DNA from: Hydrolagus colliei | Lineage: Eukaryota | Reading direction: 5' to 3' | Assembly: GCA_035084275.1 (NCBI GenBank) | Contig: CM068744.1 | Span: 62,248,001 to 62,312,000, forward strand | DNA: 64,000 nucleotides | Shown here: positions 38,273-50,850 of the stretch, in pieces | Position numbering within the stretch: the stretch's first letter is position 1 | Layout of the letters: each line of letters opens with the position of its first letter | Notes under the pieces: generated by a model | What the model saw: the letters and a program-made list of their open reading frames with translations, nothing else | Told to the model about the DNA's origin: nothing | The model's database searches: none | Program-made: the position numbers and the translations under genes

Positions 38273-39364
38273 TATTGCAATTTCCCATTACAAACTAATG
38301 TTGAAGAATTCACAACAGATCCTTAATATGAGAGACCTTAGTAGCTCTGACCACATAATCAACAAAAATCCCAGTATTATCCATATTTATGAATGGAGAA
38401 TTGATTGTATATAGATTTTATGCTATATTTAACTGTTTTACAGTTGACATCTTAAACCATTATAATACAAATTTACATTTATATAGAGCCTTTCACGTCA
38501 CCAAAGTGCTTAAGTCAAAGGGAAGGAAGAAAAATGCACCTTCATGGAAGAGGGCAGTAAAGGGTTGTAAAGCATCTTTTAGCAGATTTTTGAGCACAGG
38601 GTACAATACTATTAATTCAGTTATGTTGACATCCCCTCATTCAGAGCACACAAATTATATCCAATGAATGCCATTCATGATGCCCAAGTTTAACTGCCCC
38701 CAAAAAACTACAATTATTTAAAATAGAATTGATTTCTAGGGCCTTGGGAATATGCTGTTCTGAATGCAATCACTACGAGTTGTCTGAGAGCTCAAATGCA
38801 TCTCTCCCTTGATTTGTATTCTGTCCCTATGAGTAACTGAGGGGTGGTTAATTGGATGTTGAAATATAAAATGTGTGGAAACAGCACATACTATGCCTGA
38901 TTGCCCTGTGACACACAACAACGTCATATTAACACCCTCGTCAAATGAATAAATGTTAATATTTATTTAACTCAGCTGTGTGACAACCCAGGACTGCATG
39001 CTAAATAACTAGTACTGTATATTATTTCATACAAAAAGCTGCTTGTCCAAAATATTATTTCAATTTCCCAAATCCCTTGGGCTGACAGAGGGTGGTTTCT
39101 ATTCTGTTTCTAGGATTAGCTGTAATACTGGTGTCAAGGATGGTGAGTGTGCATGTGAATGCTGGTCTAATGCCAGTACCTTGGGCTTTGTGAGTTTATC
39201 CTGGTAATTTTGGATGATCACAAAATGGCCATTCTAATTAGGAAAGTGCATATCTGAGGGATAATCCTTTATCATGAGCACATCCACTGAGGTTAAAATA
39301 ATTTGATACAAGTTAGTGCTTATTAAAGTTACTTCTCATTAGATAATATGAATATAATTAATAT

Positions 39365-39575
39365 TACCAAATATAATAATAATAATCCTTGCATTTGATA
39401 TAGCGCTTTTCACACTTTACCAATGTCTCAGAATGTTTTACTGAATACACTGTAAAGTGAATTTGCCATCTTCGTTCCACCCCATCCCAGCTCGGGTCCA
39501 AATCCAAAGTATCCAGCACCTTGGGACGTCCTCCAGATGTGAAAGATCCATACACTATTGTAATTTTGTATTGTA
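39365..39575. mobile_element. SINE tail (-) fused to L2 tail (+)
   Basis: 39365-39465 is a reverse-complement SINE tail, and 39470-39575 is an L2 3' end. Confidence 0.75.
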
Positions 39576-39721
39576 TTATATCCATCCTCAGAAAGAAAAT
39601 CACCACATTCTATAATCACCATAGTCAAAAGTTCTCTCAATCTGTTTATCAATTAAGTCTCCAATCATGCTCCAAAACTGATGATAAGTTAATCTTGTTT
39701 TGAAGATTCATCGATATATTT

Positions 39722-40036
39722 GCAGAGTCCTGTAACTCAGTGATTAGAGCACTTGCCTTGTGAGTGAGAGACCTGGGTTAAATTCTAGGCAGGGCGTAAC
39801 TTTGGGCAAGTTTCCTTACTCCACATGCCTGATAATAATCGCTCAAGAAAAAAAACAAGAAAATTGGTCACTTCAATGCACGACTGTTTGTGGGGCACTG
39901 CTGTGTCAAATTGGCTGCTGCATTTCATCCACAAAATATATAGCCAATTCACTTTACAGTATATTCTGTGAAGCGATTTGACATGTGTCGAAGATTTAAA
40001 AAGCACTATATCAAATGCAAGGAATATTATTATTAT
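39722..40036 (+). mobile_element. Full-length Deu-SINE, short subfamily
   Basis: Same layout as the 37977 copy. Confidence 0.9.
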
Positions 40037-40384
40037 ACAATAGTAAAATTCACCCAAAAAAGCACAGATCTGTCAGGTATCTGTAAGGTTTGTCAAAGTG
40101 AGCCACTGGTGAAGTGCAGCTAAATTTTATTTCAGGTCAGGTCTTATATGAATTTATGTCTCTTTATTCACCTTACTATCATGAAGTCACACAGTTATGA
40201 CTACATTCTGGAGCAGTTATTCTTGAAGCGTTGAGACATTTTGATATGTGGATGCTTTATCAAATAGCAATCCTTGTATTTGATATAGAGCATAAAATAT
40301 CAAAGAATATCTCAAAGTGATTTGCAATATTACCATTAACTGTAGTTTCTATGTATTAGTAGGCCAATGCTGCAACCAATTTAC

Positions 40385-40761
40385 ACAGAGCAACATCCCA
40401 TCAATCCAATCAGTCCATGGTTAGGGAGCTTAACTCTCCAACCCGCTCGCTCCCTTCGCTCAGCAGGCTCCGGCCTGCTTCACATTCCTCGCCTGCCCCA
40501 CCATTGGAGGGCGGGCCTTCAGGCACCCTGCCCTACCCTCTGGAACTCTATTCTGCAGTCTCTCCACCCCGCTACTTCAAGACCTATCTCAAGACTCTCC
40601 TCTTTGACCGTGCCTTTAGTCATTGTCCCTTCTTCCCCCCCTGACCCCCATCCTTTCCAATCCTGACCCCCAGCTTGGGTCCGAAAGACTGATTGTCCAG
40701 CGCCTTGGGACGTACTCTCGACATGAAAGGCGCTTTACAAATGTAATTTTGTTGTTGTTGT
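40385..40761 (+). mobile_element. L2 3' end
   Basis: PARSLRSAGSGLLHIP, FKTYLKTLLFDRAF and (TTG)n tail. Confidence 0.9.
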
Positions 40762-41708
40762 GATTGACAGATGGAATTCCCGATGTGTACAACACAGACA
40801 TTTGATTCCAAACACTGCTGAGAAAGGGTGGGCCAAGTGCTGTGAAAGATGTGAAACTGTATCTGAGATGTGAAACTGTATCCTTAGATTACCATATGTT
40901 CTATTTACAGAAGGAGTTAACAAACACTGAAAGTTGTTCCAGCATTCATATTTTAATTGTCTTCTGCACCATTTATAAATATGACTGTAGGTATTTATTG
41001 AATGGAGGGAATTGCTATAGTTACTATCTGAATTGCAGATTGCCTTATCACATCATTGAAACATTTCAAAGCGCTTCTTGGGATTTTACTGTAAGGTGTA
41101 ATGACTGTGTATTTTTGTTGAATGCAGCAACCAATTTGCACACAGCAATGGCTCACAAACAGCCATGAAGTGAATTTTATCTGAGGGATTGTTGGCCAGG
41201 ACACTGGGTATAGCAGCCTTCCCAAGTTTACTTCCACAACTCCTTTTATTTACCATAATAGCTTCCATATTCATACCCAACGTTGTAAGGTCTCCTATTG
41301 TATACCACTATAGCAGGACACATATAAGAAGACTCAGTAGTGCCTAATAATAAAGACAGTTGCCCAAATGCAGTATTTGTCTACTGCAGCAGTGACATCT
41401 AGTGTTAAAATTCTAATGCTGCATAGACATCTGCTTTTATTTCAAGGTACTGTAGATATAAACAGACCATTTGATTTACACCACAAAAGTGGAATTAAAG
41501 ATAAGAATGTCTTTCTCCTGCCATACAGTGGCTGTGTGAAAGAAACTGGTTCCTAATTCAGGTTCACAGTACTGCTGTTGAGAGACCAACCAACCTGGAG
41601 GGACAGACTAGAAGGTCATCAGTCTTCTACACAGATTCTGTTACTCCTGCAATTCCAATTCCTGATGAGTAGAGTGAGACTAACCGGACAAACCATGGGA
41701 AGGTAATC

Positions 41709-41940
41709 AAGACAGTGCTTTGTCCTTATAAGAACATAAGTATTAGGAGCAGGAGTAGACCATTCAGCCCCACAAGCCTGTCCTGCCGTTCAATAAGATC
41801 ATGGCTGATTTTCTAATCTAACTCCACCTACCCTTTATAAGAAATCTATCAATGTCAGTCTTGAAAATGTTCAAGGACTGAGCATCTACAGCCCTTTGGG
41901 GTAGAGAATTCCATAAATTCACCACCCTCTGAGTGAAGAG
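41709..41940 (-). mobile_element. CR1 3' end
   Basis: Matches 417-660. Confidence 0.9.
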
Positions 41941-41947
41941 TGAAGAA

Positions 41948-42493
41948 GTTTGTCGACCTTCCCAATTCCTCCCTCCATAGGTTGCAGATAATCCAGAACT
42001 CTGCGGCCCAAATCCTCTACCGCTCCAAGCTTCGTGACCCCATCTCCCCCATCCTCACCCAACTCCATTGGCTCCCTGTCACCCAGAGGATCCAATTCAA
42101 AATCGTGGTCCATACATTCAAAGCCTCGCCCCACTCTACCTCTGCGACCTCCTAAACCCCTACCAAACTGCCTGCCCCCTCCACTCAGCAGGTTCCAACC
42201 TGCTCCACTTCCCCCGACTCACCTGCCCCACCATTGGCGGGCAAGTATTCAGTCACTCTGCCCCCAACCTCTGGAAATCCATCCTGCGGTCCTTCCACAT
42301 CTCCTGGCCTCCTTCAAGTCCCGCCTCAAGACCCTACTCTTCGAAGGTCTCATTGGTCACACCAAATACCCCATTTTCCCTCCACCCTTCCTGTCCCCTA
42401 CACCAGGTCGGGTCTGAAACAATGACAATAGCGCCTTGGGATGTCCTCCTGACATGAAAGGCGCTTTACAAGTGTCATTTTGTGGTTGTTGTT
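41948..42493 (+). mobile_element. L2 3' portion
   Basis: LHRLQIIQNSAAQIL...ISPILTQLHWLPVTQRIQFKI, followed by the tail. Confidence 0.92.
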
Positions 42494-42687
42494 CTTGATA
42501 AGTTTCACATGTCAGACATTCAATTGACCCAAAAAATTATCCAAACAAAATTGTCTAGGTATACATTACAGAAAAATTCCATTCCATTCCAAAGCCTGAC
42601 ATAGAACTTTACAACTCAGATATGGCTCATATTCGGCTCATCACATGTAAACCCATGCTTTTCTGAACATGAGTCACTTTTAACATA

Positions 42688-42945
42688 AATAATCCTGGTA
42701 TTTGATATTGCACCTTATGTCATTGAGTCACCTCAAAGCGCTTCACAGGATGTACTATGACTGTATATTTTGTGGGTGAAACACAGCAACAAATTGCACA
42801 TAGCAATGTCCCACAAACAGTCATAGATTGAGTGACCAAATTATAATTTTTTTGGGAGGGTCTATTACCTCTGGGAAGGAATCCACCAATTGATTAACAA
42901 CCAGGTTCCTACTTACTGCTAGGTAAACAGATACGTGAACCCGAG
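42688..42945 (-). mobile_element. Deu-SINE, long subfamily, truncated
   Basis: Similarity to sibling copies. Confidence 0.85.
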
Positions 42946-42984
42946 TCCTTCCACTTACTGGACTCCAATAACAACACAGTAACC

Positions 42985-43340
42985 AACTTACATTTCTAGA
43001 GCACCTTTCACACCGAGAGGACGTCCCAAGGAGCTGAACAATCAGGTCGGGACCTGAGCAGGGGGCTGTGCGGAGTAGGGGGAAGGAGGGGAGGAGAGGG
43101 GGAAGAGTTAGGAAGGGAGCAGAAGGCACGGTTGACGAGGAAGGTCTTGAGATCGGCCTTGAAGATGGAACGGGAGGAGGTATGGTGAAGGGATTGCGGG
43201 ATGGAGTTCCATAGTATGGGAGCAGAGAGGCTGAAAGCCCGGCCAGTGATGGTAATGTGGTTAGGACGGTGGAAGCGAGCAGGCCAGAGCCTGCTGAATG
43301 GATGGGACGAGCAGGCTGATAGGGAGGGAGTAAGGTGGTG
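42985..43340 (-). mobile_element. L2 3' end
   Basis: PYQPARPIHSAGSGLL, same family as the 4320 copy. Confidence 0.88.
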
Positions 43341-45769
43341 GGGGTGTGAGTGAATGAGTGTGAGTGAATGAGCGAGCGAGCAAGCAACTGACCGAACAAG
43401 AGACTCACTTCTGATATATTTGTTATGATAATACTTGCATTTTGATATAGGGGCTTATCACATCAGCAAGATGTCTCAAAACCCTCCACAGGATTTTTAC
43501 TATCAACGGAAACCTTGTAAAATTTGACTTGCTGTTTATTCAGTAGGGAAATATTGCAGCCAATTTGCCCACAGCAATGTCCCACAGCCATGAAATGAAA
43601 AAGGCTTAGCGAAAATTCAGTGAAAAGGGTGATTTTAAAGATTACTTGTTGTCACAATGAATTGATATGCATGTTACAATCCCACATAAACATTGGTAGA
43701 ATCTGGAAATTGTACTTTACTTGAGATCTCCACAAAGAAATAACAGAATTAATTTTAACCATAATATTCTTCATTGTGCGGGCTAAATACCAATCATATA
43801 ATACACCATTTCTAGTGCCTTGAGTGAGTGAGCGAGCGAGCGAGCCTTGGGATGTCCTCCTGATGTGAAAGGTGTTATACTAATGTAATTTTTGTTGTTG
43901 TACACGAGCACTGCAGGGACAATGGACGCTGTGTTTTTAATGATTTTTGTCCAAAACACATCAGATCAGGCAATTAATGAATTTTAAACTTTTGTTTTGT
44001 ATTTTTGTTGGCACGAGTTTGGATGATGTCTAGAAGACGTGAAAAGCACTATATCCAAAATACAAGGATTATTATCATTATTATTATTATTATGAGCATT
44101 GATAGAAACATTCAACAAACAAGGGAATTGGACAGATTAATTGGCAAACTCCTATATGTTGTAATTTCCTATGTCTACCAATGCTTTATTTCACTATCCA
44201 ACCCTGTCATGCTTACAAACATTTTACAGTAAGTGTTCCAAATGCCTCTACTGACTATAACAAAAACTACTCCAGAAATGGTTCTGTAATTGAGAAGATT
44301 CAATCTCAAGTAATCATAATGAATTCCTAGAAATTGATATGAATGCTCAGTCATTTTAGTATTAGATTTAACATCGACAGAACTGCACCAACTTACTTTC
44401 ACAACTTAATGCTTTTTAAACCATTGAGTTATACAGGGAAAGAGCTGGAAAGTGGGACTAATAAAAACAGGACATCTTAGAAAAATAGGTGGCAAAGGCA
44501 CAATTAGCTAAACGCTTCCGTCTGTGCCAAAAAAATTGATGCTTCACTCCTGCCATCTGCTCGAATGTAAAACTAAAACTATCTGTCCAATCACTAACTT
44601 GAGCATGGCCGATATTTCTAAGCTAACATGTAGCTACTTTACTGACCATCGCCATTGTTTATGTCTGTAGGCAGTTCTAATCCTGTGTATTAAATACAAC
44701 ATGATGCATTGTGTAAATCAAGCAAAGTGGCTGACATAGCACAGAGCTGAAAAACATCGCCAATCTCAAAAATTCCTAACCGTGAGCCAGAGGAATCCAG
44801 ACGTGAGATTGCAAACAACATTCTTTGGCAATATTATGACCAGCGGAGACATTGATTGCCAACTTGGTGAAAGATTAAGAGTGCCATTTTCCTTCACTGC
44901 TTGCAACCAGTTTTACCCCATCTCCAACCTCCAACCTATTCACAATATGAGTATACCATCAGCAGGGATGTTCACTAACAGTGAGTTCTGTAGCTGAGCT
45001 TTTGCTATCAGGGTAGAAGCTTTTCTGTTAAAATTATCAATGCTTTTCAATGTTGTGTTAATTAGGCTGGTTAACTCCCATTTCCAATATCTTTTTGAGC
45101 ACCCGTGATACATTTATGTTTAAAAAACATTTTTTTTCTATGATAAAACAACACATGACAGTATTATTTGCTGCAAAGCAAAATAAAATAAATAAATCCA
45201 AAAAAAGACTCAGGCAACTTCGCAGAAGTAATTGCTACTTATGGTGAGGATTCTGTCTGAACCCAGCCAGAGGGCAGACTCAAGAGTTTTAGTGACACAA
45301 ACAAACTAAAAAACTGGGTGTCATCCAGACCCATTTGGTAGCACTCTCACCTCTGAGTCAGAAGGCTGCAAGTTAAAACCATACTTTTGTTGAAATTGTA
45401 TTTTTTTTTAGGAATTGTTTAACCAAGGTCCCATTTGCCTTCAAAGTGCCATTTGTGCAAATGTTTCCTTTCTAATAGATAAATAAACATTGCAAATTAT
45501 CTGCACAAGAACACAGAAAATGTCCTTGTGAATTAAAATGACTCCAATAGCTTCCACTATTTTTAGCAATAGCTGTCATAATATTGCACACCTTTTTTTC
45601 CAACACAAAAGGATACCAAAATGTATCCGATAATTGTGCATTGTATTAATTTTTTTAATTACTAATAAATATAGATTTGAAATACCAAGAGTAATAAATT
45701 GTCTTGAAGTGATATGCCTTGTTTTTTAAACAATTAAACTGTTTTCCTTGACAAAGCTTTTAAACTTGT

Positions 45770-46112
45770 ATAATAATAATAATTCTTGCATTTGATATAA
45801 TGCCTTATCACATCTTCGAGTCATCTCAAAATGATTCACAGAAGATACTGTGAAGTGAATTGACAATATATTTTGTGGACAAAACGCGGCAGTCAATTGT
45901 GCACAGCAGTGTCCCACAAACAGTCATGGATTGAGTAACCAATTTTTAAAAAGAGATTATGACCCTCGGAAATGCGATCCCCCAAACGATTAACAACTAA
46001 GCTCCGACTGACTATTAGGTATGTGGAGTAGGGAAACATTCGCCCTCCTCAGGAATCAAACCCCAGGTCCTCTCACTTTCGAGGTGAGTGCTCTAACCAC
46101 TAATATATAGAA
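45770..46112 (-). mobile_element. Full-length Deu-SINE, long subfamily
   Basis: Tail, Deu segment and tRNA head (reverse complement TAGTGGTTAGAGCAC...GTTTGATTCC). Confidence 0.88.
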
Positions 46113-46329
46113 CTTATTAGATAATTAAATGCTATATAATCTGAATTTATTAATTAGTGTCCTGTACAACACATACTTTAAATTAAACTTTAAATTAAGT
46201 TGTTCTGTTTAGTTACATGTTACATTTTGATTGTATGCAAAACTACATGTGAAATTATTAGAACACAAAGTAATATAATAATCATATAGTTCACATTTGT
46301 ATAGCACTTTTCCCACCCCCGCTCAGCAA

Positions 46330-47118
46330 TGTCATTCGCAGGCATGGGGTCATGTGTATGGATGACACACAGCTCTATCTCGCTGCCTCTACCCTCGACT
46401 CCATGACCATTGATGTCCTGACTAACTGTTTGTCTGACATCAAGTTGTGGTCTAGAACCAACTCTTTCTAGCTTAATGTTGGCAAGACAAAGGCCCTGCT
46501 TCTTGACTCCTGGCAGTGCCTCCTCACCTCAGCTGCTGAGGCTATCACCATACATGGCTGCACTCTTCACCTCAATGAGCCAGATTATTCAGAACTCTCC
46601 AGCTTATAAAATAATGCTCTCCCGCACCAGGCTCCGGGAACCTATCACCTCACATTCTTACTCGGCTTTACCAGCTCCCCATTCCTCAAAAAATCAAGTA
46701 CAAAACCTTTGTTCTTGCCTTCAAGGTCCTCCAGTCTTGCTCCCCTCTACCTCTTTAACCTCATAACCCCATATCAGCTTGTCCGCTCCCTCCGCTCGGT
46801 AGACACTGGCCTGTTTCAGGTCCCCCGTACTTCCTACCTCACTATTGGCAGTCGAGCATTCAGCATCTCTGCCCCCACAATCTGGAACTCTATCCCCTAA
46901 TCCTGCTGTCTCACCTCCACTTTTGCCTTCTTCAAATCCTGTCTGAAGACCTTCCTCTTCCACTGTGCATTCAGCCATCACTCCACCACCACTACCCCCT
47001 ACCCTCCTCCACTTCTGACCTCAACTCCCAGCTCAGGTCCAAAACCTGGTTGTCTGGCACCCTGTGACATCTTTCCAATGTAGAGGACACTATAAAACTG
47101 TAATTTATTGTTGTTGTT
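46330..47118 (+). mobile_element. L2 RT end to 3' tail, internally deleted
   Basis: GATGACACACAGCTCTAT (DDTQLY), LAPLYLFNLITPY...RSLRS, APTIWNSIP and the tail. Confidence 0.9.
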
Positions 47119-49059
47119 CAGATGAGTAAGATGTCTCAAAGCACTTCACGTTTCACACAATTGATTGGGAGCCTGAGATGGTTGAGAGAGCTGAAGGGAA
47201 AGGTGATCAAGGTAACGTATTTCACAAGTATGACATGTGAATGCCTGAGATGGGTTTGCCTTTGTTGCTTGTTCCAATTTCATACCAACAAAATCACAGT
47301 TATCGTCTGCAAGGATTCGATAGCTCATACAATTTCCACAATGGGTGTTCTTAAAATTTATAATTGTTCAAGTCTTTATAAACTGTCTCAATACATTTGG
47401 GGCCCATGCCTTTCCTTGGGTAAAAAAAAAGGTAGGATTCCTGGGAGGGCTGTATGCTCGTTTCCTTACTCCACACTCCTCTGAGGATTCACTCATTGAC
47501 ACTCAGTATGGGTATCTTAGAATCTTCCATCTAATTTTGATTTGTGAAGGTAAACGTCTGCTGTCTCGCTAAATAATTTCGGCTGTGGTCTGAAGAAATG
47601 ATACAAAGAAAATCGCAGGGTTCTAGTTTATTTTTTTAAAAAACAACTAGACTCAGTTCAGTTCGAAAAGTAACAGGCACAGACGTTATTAAAAGCATGG
47701 GTGCATTCAGGCCATAATGAGCGCCAGCTCACTTTCGCAAATGGTGATGCAATTTAATAAAAGACAGATAACATATCCCTGAATCAGTATCTTAGCAACC
47801 AAAGATGTCATCCTGCACCTGTGTGCGGACACATAAACCCTGGTCATTTTCGTTAACCTGACACTGGAATGGAGTTATGAGTGACAAAGAAAGGAGAATT
47901 ATATATTAAACTTCTAAATTAACTACAAGCAATGTCGAGCTGTATAAACTATCAGGCTGCACAAAATGAAAGCCCAATAAATTTAAGAGACTGAAAACAA
48001 GGGAAAGGCAATTCACTGCTCATGTATATTCCCACTGAAGAACATGTACAATTTGTACTGACATCTCTGCCCAGCTCTTATAATCTGTTCAGCAAGTATT
48101 CCAGTGGAATATTTATTTAACTTTTGTCCCATAAAACTACACCAAAGATAATTCCGAAGCCCAGAGAGGGAGGGGCCGGGAGGAGGAGGTCAGGAGAGTA
48201 ACAACCAGCCTTTTATTTCCACTGCACTAAAGCATCTTGTCTCTGCTGGTGGTGTGACCGCCAGCCCAGATACATTTGGAGAAAAACACAGTACATGGGG
48301 GCAGGAAGATCATGGTGAGGGAAACAGCCTCACAGATAATTGCAAGTTACATATCCCTGACTGCCTGTTTCTTTTGGCACTTGCTCTCAATAAATATATT
48401 GCAAAACACTTTGCCCACTACAATGCTTTTTCCTCAGATATCAAACATTAATGATGTCATTTTTTGCAAACCAGTGAATCAGACAAATGAGCTTTCAAAT
48501 AAGGATCAGTTGAAAATACTAATCGTGGAATCATAGAAGGTCAGTATAAGTCTCTGGCACATTATTCCTATTTGAGCTGCTACTGAAAATGGACTGTATT
48601 TAGCAAGGTTCCATGACATTTTCAAATATTGTTTTATGCACCAATTATTTAGACTTTGCAATCTTATATCAAGACCATAAATAATTTGATTCCTGGCTCC
48701 TCAATAGAAGTCACATCATTTTACGCTGAATGTTGCGTGAGAGAAGTACTTAACATATCTGAATCTGATAGTTTACACTAATAGGATCAACATTTAGATA
48801 CTCTATTTCAGAATAGAGCTGAAGTATTATCATATTGATTCTGTGGATGAAATGCTACATTTTTCATTTAAAAATGTGTCTTATTAAACACATTTGATGT
48901 CAACAGGTTTTATATTTCAATTAGTTAATGGGGGGCCAAAATGTCGGAAATGATCCCATTGCCCCAGATGAGATCAAAAGCAGTCAGTAGCTATCAATAC
49001 AAGTTACAAATTGGAAATTTCTATGTGTTTCCTCCCTTCAAGATCAGTATTGACTTTCG

Positions 49060-49485
49060 CTGCTTTCGCTGTCCATATTACCTATACCAAGCTCCACAAC
49101 CCTGGTTCTTGGCAGGTTCCACTGGTTCTCTGTTGCAGAAACGATTACTTTCAAGATCAACATGCTCACCTACAAATCACTCCAATCTTGATGCCTACCT
49201 ACCTCTGTGATCTGCTCACACCCCACTGCACTATCCGCCAAGTTCACTCAACTGGCTCGGGTCTTCTACACTTTCCTCTTCCCCTCCGTTCTACCATTGG
49301 TGGTCGTGTTTTCAGCCACAAAGCTTTGAAATTCTGAAACTTGCTGCCTCTTTACCCATCTTCAAATCACACCTAAGGACCATGCCTCTGATCACCAGCC
49401 TATCTTTACAGCTTGGAATCAAACCAAACAGTTGCTCTGAGACATGAATGGCACTATATAAACACATTTTTGTTGTTGTTGTTGC
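49060..49485 (+). mobile_element. Degraded L2 3' end
   Basis: PTYLCDLLTPH...STGSGLLHFP...IGGRVFS and (TTG)n tail. Confidence 0.8.
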
Positions 49486-50611
49486 TTTGGACTGAATCTT
49501 TGGTCGACGTGATAATTATCACCTGTGAGAATATCACCTCACAATTTTGACACCATTATTTCTTACCATAAAGGTTACTCCCCCTCCTCCACCCCCATGT
49601 TTAAAGTCATTTTTCCTCTCCTCCCAAAGTTCTCTCTCCATATCACATGCCATTTGTCAAGGAAGAGAGTGGTAACAATCCATTCCTTGGCCTCTAACAA
49701 TCGTAGGCTTAGTGGTTAAGAAAGGCTTGGATAGCCTGACTTGTTAATTTTCTGCCACTCAAACTCATACTTGTTCCAATTGAGGTTGAAAGTGTTTGGA
49801 AAGCTACCAATAAAACAGACATGGACAATTTACCAATAACCGACAAACTTAAGACACCCTAACCTGAACGTTATTGTCAATGCTACAAAGGAACACGAGT
49901 GTCACAGTGGGAAATCGCATCAAGCTCAGAGTGTAATTTTGCTGTTGGTGTTGTAATACCAGTGCTGATTTATGACTCTTAAATTCTGTCTCAGAGTATT
50001 GACAAGGAAACTGCCTTGGCAGATTGGACTGATAGCCAGCCAAAAGGAGTCCAAGCTCCTTTAAGTAAAATGCTCTTTATTTTCTCTTCTTCAACACCTC
50101 ACTCTTTGTGCTTCCTTTGCAAAAGGTTCTTCAGTATGCATTCGCGTGAATCTACTTATCTGTATGCCTAGCAGTTTGGCAATACTGACGTTCACCCCCA
50201 CTCATAGCCTTGAGAGAGAAGCCAATCTTAGAAGCAGCCCACTTCTGTAGAAAATTTATGGGCACTACTGAAGTGGCTCAAAAAACCCATATAAACTCTT
50301 AGCAGAATTTTGAGCCCGGAATGTTTTCAGTGAGCTGCAATGGGATACTCTGCAACTTTTGTGCATGCTCTGCATGCTGACTAGTTGAAGAGGATTTCCA
50401 GTCAGTGCGCTAGGATAGGGGGAATTGAATTGGGGGTTTTATGGGCATTAATTGAAGTGAAGTTGCACCTCACAATTTCCCTGTAAGTATAGGCAATGGG
50501 CATGTAGACAAAGCTACTCCGTGAATTCGGAGTAGCTGGATTCACCATAATACCGTTGCATGGTGTTGTATCACGTGCTGTTTCATTCACCTCTTACAAC
50601 ATACGTATCAT

Positions 50612-50850
50612 TTTCGAAATTGAGTTGTTCGAATCTGGAATGCATTGCTTGAAAAGATGGTGGAGGCCAATTCGATAACAACTTTTAAAAGAGAGGTAGA
50701 CATTTATTTGGGGAGGATGGGTGTGCGCAGTTATGGGGAGAGAGCTGGGGAGTGGGATTAAATTGCTCTTTTTAAAGAGCCGGCAGAGACTCAATGGGCT
50801 GAATGGCCTCCTTTTCTGCCATAAGATTCTATGATTCTATGATGATTCTA
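50612..50850 (+). mobile_element. CR1 (second family) 3' end
   Basis: VVRIWNAL-like end and ATTCTATG tail. Confidence 0.88.

Noticed and set aside
40846-40883. Short tandem duplication (also 1221-1254 and 57606-57652)
   Set aside because: Ordinary slippage duplications of roughly 16-25 bp.
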